Below, piece after piece: positions 62,711 to 64,000 of a stretch of DNA of 64,000 bases. Below the pieces are notes generated by a model. The model saw nothing but the letters and a program-made list of their open reading frames with translations. It did not search any database and was not told where the DNA came from. Each line of letters begins with the position of its first letter. Positions within the stretch are counted from its first letter, which is position 1. The position numbers were made by a program, and so were the translations under genes. The stretch spans positions 62,001 to 126,000 of the forward strand of contig RDEW01000070.1 of NCBI GenBank assembly GCA_011109175.1, in the 5' to 3' direction. The stretch comes from Dicyema japonicum (lineage: Eukaryota > Animalia > Dicyemida).

Positions 62711-64000
62711 TGAAACCTGAAAACTCTTTTTAGGTAGCTTGTTGACTGATTTAACAAAAAAATATTATTTAAAACACGTCTTCAGAATAGTCATTTCGAT
62801 CACTACGTGTCTTATTTTGGTCGTAGTTCTCATTTAAATTGGCAAACTTTACACTGTAAACTCCTTGAGAGGGCCTACGCGGTGCAGTTAGCCTTGTTCA
62901 CAGGCAGCTGTCAAAAGTACAGATTGAAACATCTTTTATACAAATTATTAAATTTAAGTGTTGGTTGAGTGGTTGACTGGATCAAGTGAAACCCAACCTA
63001 GTCGGGGAACGCAAATGAGCTTTTAACTTACTGAGTGGATTAAACTTCTCTAATAATGTCTGTCTTCAACGTACTCTCAGTCTGTCTATTCTATCCCGTG
63101 GACGGCCACTATGATTTGCGGACGCAGGGGAAAGACATGGAGAATACTGATAGAACGGATAGTGAAGAGCAATAAACAAGTGGAACCCTAAGGATTCATA
63201 TGCTTATGGGTGACCCTGGAGTGCATTAAACTAACTAACGATATTTAAGTTTATTCTATTAATTTTCGCCATAATGCCTTAGGATATGCAATATTTGAAC
63301 TCTCTCCTCTTTCGACCTCTTCTAACTTGGGGACCGGTTCCATGTGGTATTTAGCCCCGTATTTATATCATAATGATCATTTTGCATAATTATGAGCCCA
63401 CGTGAGGAATTATTTATGAAATTTATTTTAATATTAAGGTTTCTGCGTCAGATCATGGATTTCCCTATTCAAAGATCTGATGTGAGTTAACTGCCAGGTT
63501 ATTAAAAAATTAAAAAAGTCATCTTTTGTGTAAATGTCGTAATAAAAAACTTCACAACAGTTATCTTAGAATTCAACAGATTGTGTTTTACAAACAGATT
63601 TTACAGGTAGTTAAGACGGTCTCGCTAAGACTATGATGTGCATCGGTCGATGAAAATCTAGCAATCTTACAACTGAGTCATCCCTTTGTATTATTTGAGA
63701 ATAAATAATAATTTTATGTAAATTAACGTATATCTGAGAAGAGTATGAAGGAGTCTAACTGACCGAACGCGGAAGTGAACCCAGAACAAGTTAATGTAAC
63801 GCTCAATCAGTTTAAGTGTTTAACTCTATTAAACTCCTATTGATATTCAATTGAAAAATTACAAGTAAATTTTCTCGAATCCGCCATTTATGACATTGGC
63901 CGTCTTTTGAGTGAGTGAAATCAATGATGTCATTAAAGTGAATGGAGGGAAAATAGAATCATTGAGGTGCAGAAAAAAAATTTTAAAATTAAATAAATAT

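Noticed and set aside
1-64000. Stop-codon reassignment (ciliate-type code) to explain interrupted ORFs
   Set aside because: Tiny introns and 1-nt indels explain the breaks. Conserved genes end in TGA (GOSR2, ATG16L1) and TAA (EEF2K), and the MEIS frame ends in TAG.

Overview
AT-rich eukaryotic nuclear DNA. The genes (MEINOX+TALE homeobox, eEF2 kinase, ATG16L1, ubinuclein, membrin) point to an animal. Most introns are only 21-28 nt, which suggests a reduced parasite such as a dicyemid mesozoan or myxozoan (inference, not verified). Standard genetic code. Much of the window is decayed or nested mobile DNA: RTE, CRE-like, R4/Dong-like, Jockey/I-like and Penelope-like retroelements, a Buster-type hAT transposon and two SINE-like families. 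Main findings: (1) a four-member family of predicted LAMP-fold surface proteins whose tiny introns are nearly identical while exons differ mostly by amino-acid-changing substitutions; (2) an 18-unit 68-bp satellite derived from a 23-aa STPR-type coding repeat; (3) a complete tRNA-head/RTE-tail SINE with a 12-bp target-site duplication (TSD); (4) a retroelement resembling families I recall from microsporidia; (5) near-pure AT islands recurring every 0.5-1.5 kb. Single-base homopolymer indels in conserved genes indicate probable assembly errors. All protein assignments come from manual translation and remembered family motifs; no searches were run.
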